Assembly (NCBI GenBank): GCA_029953675.1
Contig: JAMWBK010000001.1
Coordinates: 620,001 to 684,000 of the forward strand
Direction: 5' to 3'
Length of the DNA: 64,000 nt
From: Rhodosorus marinus CCMP1338
Lineage: Eukaryota; Plantae; Rhodophyta
Every line of letters starts with the position of its first letter. Positions within the stretch are counted from its first letter, which is position 1. Below, piece after piece: positions 62,789-64,000 of the stretch. Under the pieces are notes generated by a model. The model was not told where the DNA came from. It did not search any database and saw only the letters and a program-made list of their open reading frames with translations. A program made the translations under genes and the position numbers.

Positions 62789-64000
62789 TTTTGTTTTTTG
62801 TCCTTCGCTTTTACAAAATCAAAATCTGAATATACTCCTCTTCTTCCTCCTGTAAATAACAAGCTTTTCAATGCCACTCCAAATCTCCCTCCTCAGTTCC
62901 TCCTCCACCTGCCAGCAATCCCCCTCCCCCCCCGCCCCCACCACCACCAAGTCCTTCCCCTTTAGAAGCGTCAACCCATCGAAGCAGATCGAGAACGCAC
63001 AACCAACATCACCAAGCAGAGAAAGAAAAAAACTATCCACCTACCCCTCTCCTAAAAAACCACATAAACAACCAAACATTCTCTAAGTTTCAATAATACA
63101 AAATTTGTCGTCGGTGTGAGCAACAGTTATACCCCCCCCCCCTAAACTTTTCATCACCATCGCAGAAAATACAGCTGTCCAAAGTACACGAGCTATTTAC
63201 CTACCCTTAAGGTTTTCTACTACAAATATATGTTTACTCTCTGAAGGCAAATTTCAAAGTTTTATGAGTTAGTTTTCGTGTAGCTAACCCCTCCTCACAG
63301 GAGGGGATTAGGAAAACCGTTAAAATCGGTGAAGAAACTGAAGATATGAGAGGGAAACAACGAAAAAACAAAGAAAGCTGTGGACGTGAGTTGCTATGTG
63401 CTTTTTAGAGGTATTCTAATTGCCTTTCTATCGTTTAGAAGGATTTCTGGGACAAGGCTGACAGTGTCCCTCTACTCGGCTTGCGGGGAGTTGAGGGGCT
63501 TTTGGGTTGTGTGACTGCGTTTTCGTGAGTTGTGACGACGTTCTGTCGCGGATTATATCGTCCTCGAGTCTTTTGTGCGGGTGGCGAGTTGTGAAGGTTT
63601 GGGATTCCTTACAGTGTTCCCTCGTGCATCACATCGGTTTATCTTCCGCTTACTGTTGTGGAGGCCTTACTGCGTCCTGGTATCGGTGCTTTCGTGTGCT
63701 CCCGTTTTTGAAGAGGCCTGCTTGTCGTTTAGAAGGGATTTTGGAGGTCTCGCTGACACTGTCCCTCTGGCCAGCTTGGGGGGTCATATCGGGGTTTGCT
63801 TTCCGGATGGTAGTCGAGGTACTTCCCGAATTGTAGAAAAACGGTCGGGTGCGAGGCTTTTCGCTTCTGTGTCTGCGTTTTGTAATCGCGATGGCGGCTT
63901 GCTCCGCGGCTTCTCTATTCCTTGAGTTTTTAATGCTGTGTCGGGTTCTGAAGTTTTGGAACGGCTGGCCTTGTGCCTTTTGTGTCACATCGTTCTATCT

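Overview
Eukaryotic nuclear DNA with short GT-AG introns (about 70-200 nt, CTAAC/CTGAC-type branch points) and the standard genetic code. Plastid- and mitochondrion-type N-terminal extensions and a nuclear-encoded gyrA suggest a compact algal genome, most plausibly a red alga (inference only). Reconstructed genes, in order: Mpv17/PMP22, an orphan gene, a GcvR-like tandem-ACT protein, a lipase/PGAP1-like hydrolase, an F-box protein, an NDRG-family protein, a psq-type HTH protein, NDC80, a membrane-anchored ACE-like M2 peptidase, organellar gyrA, a CCR4/nocturnin-like EEP protein, TIM23, an HMG-box-like protein, RPL8 and TPI. Large intergenic blocks contain no recognisable gene. The most notable observations are: (1) an intron-containing bacterial-type GcvR homolog with a mitochondrial-type presequence; (2) an ACE-like type I membrane peptidase in an apparently non-animal genome; (3) a triply frameshifted dead paralog of the HMG-like gene about 2.5 kb upstream of it; (4) strong G+T skew and G4 motifs on the sense strand at most gene 5' ends, which also points to unannotated transcripts; (5) several long, mutually unrelated perfect hairpins in intergenic DNA. 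No rRNA, tRNA, CRISPR array or intact transposon was seen, and no novel multi-gene system can be demonstrated from sequence alone.
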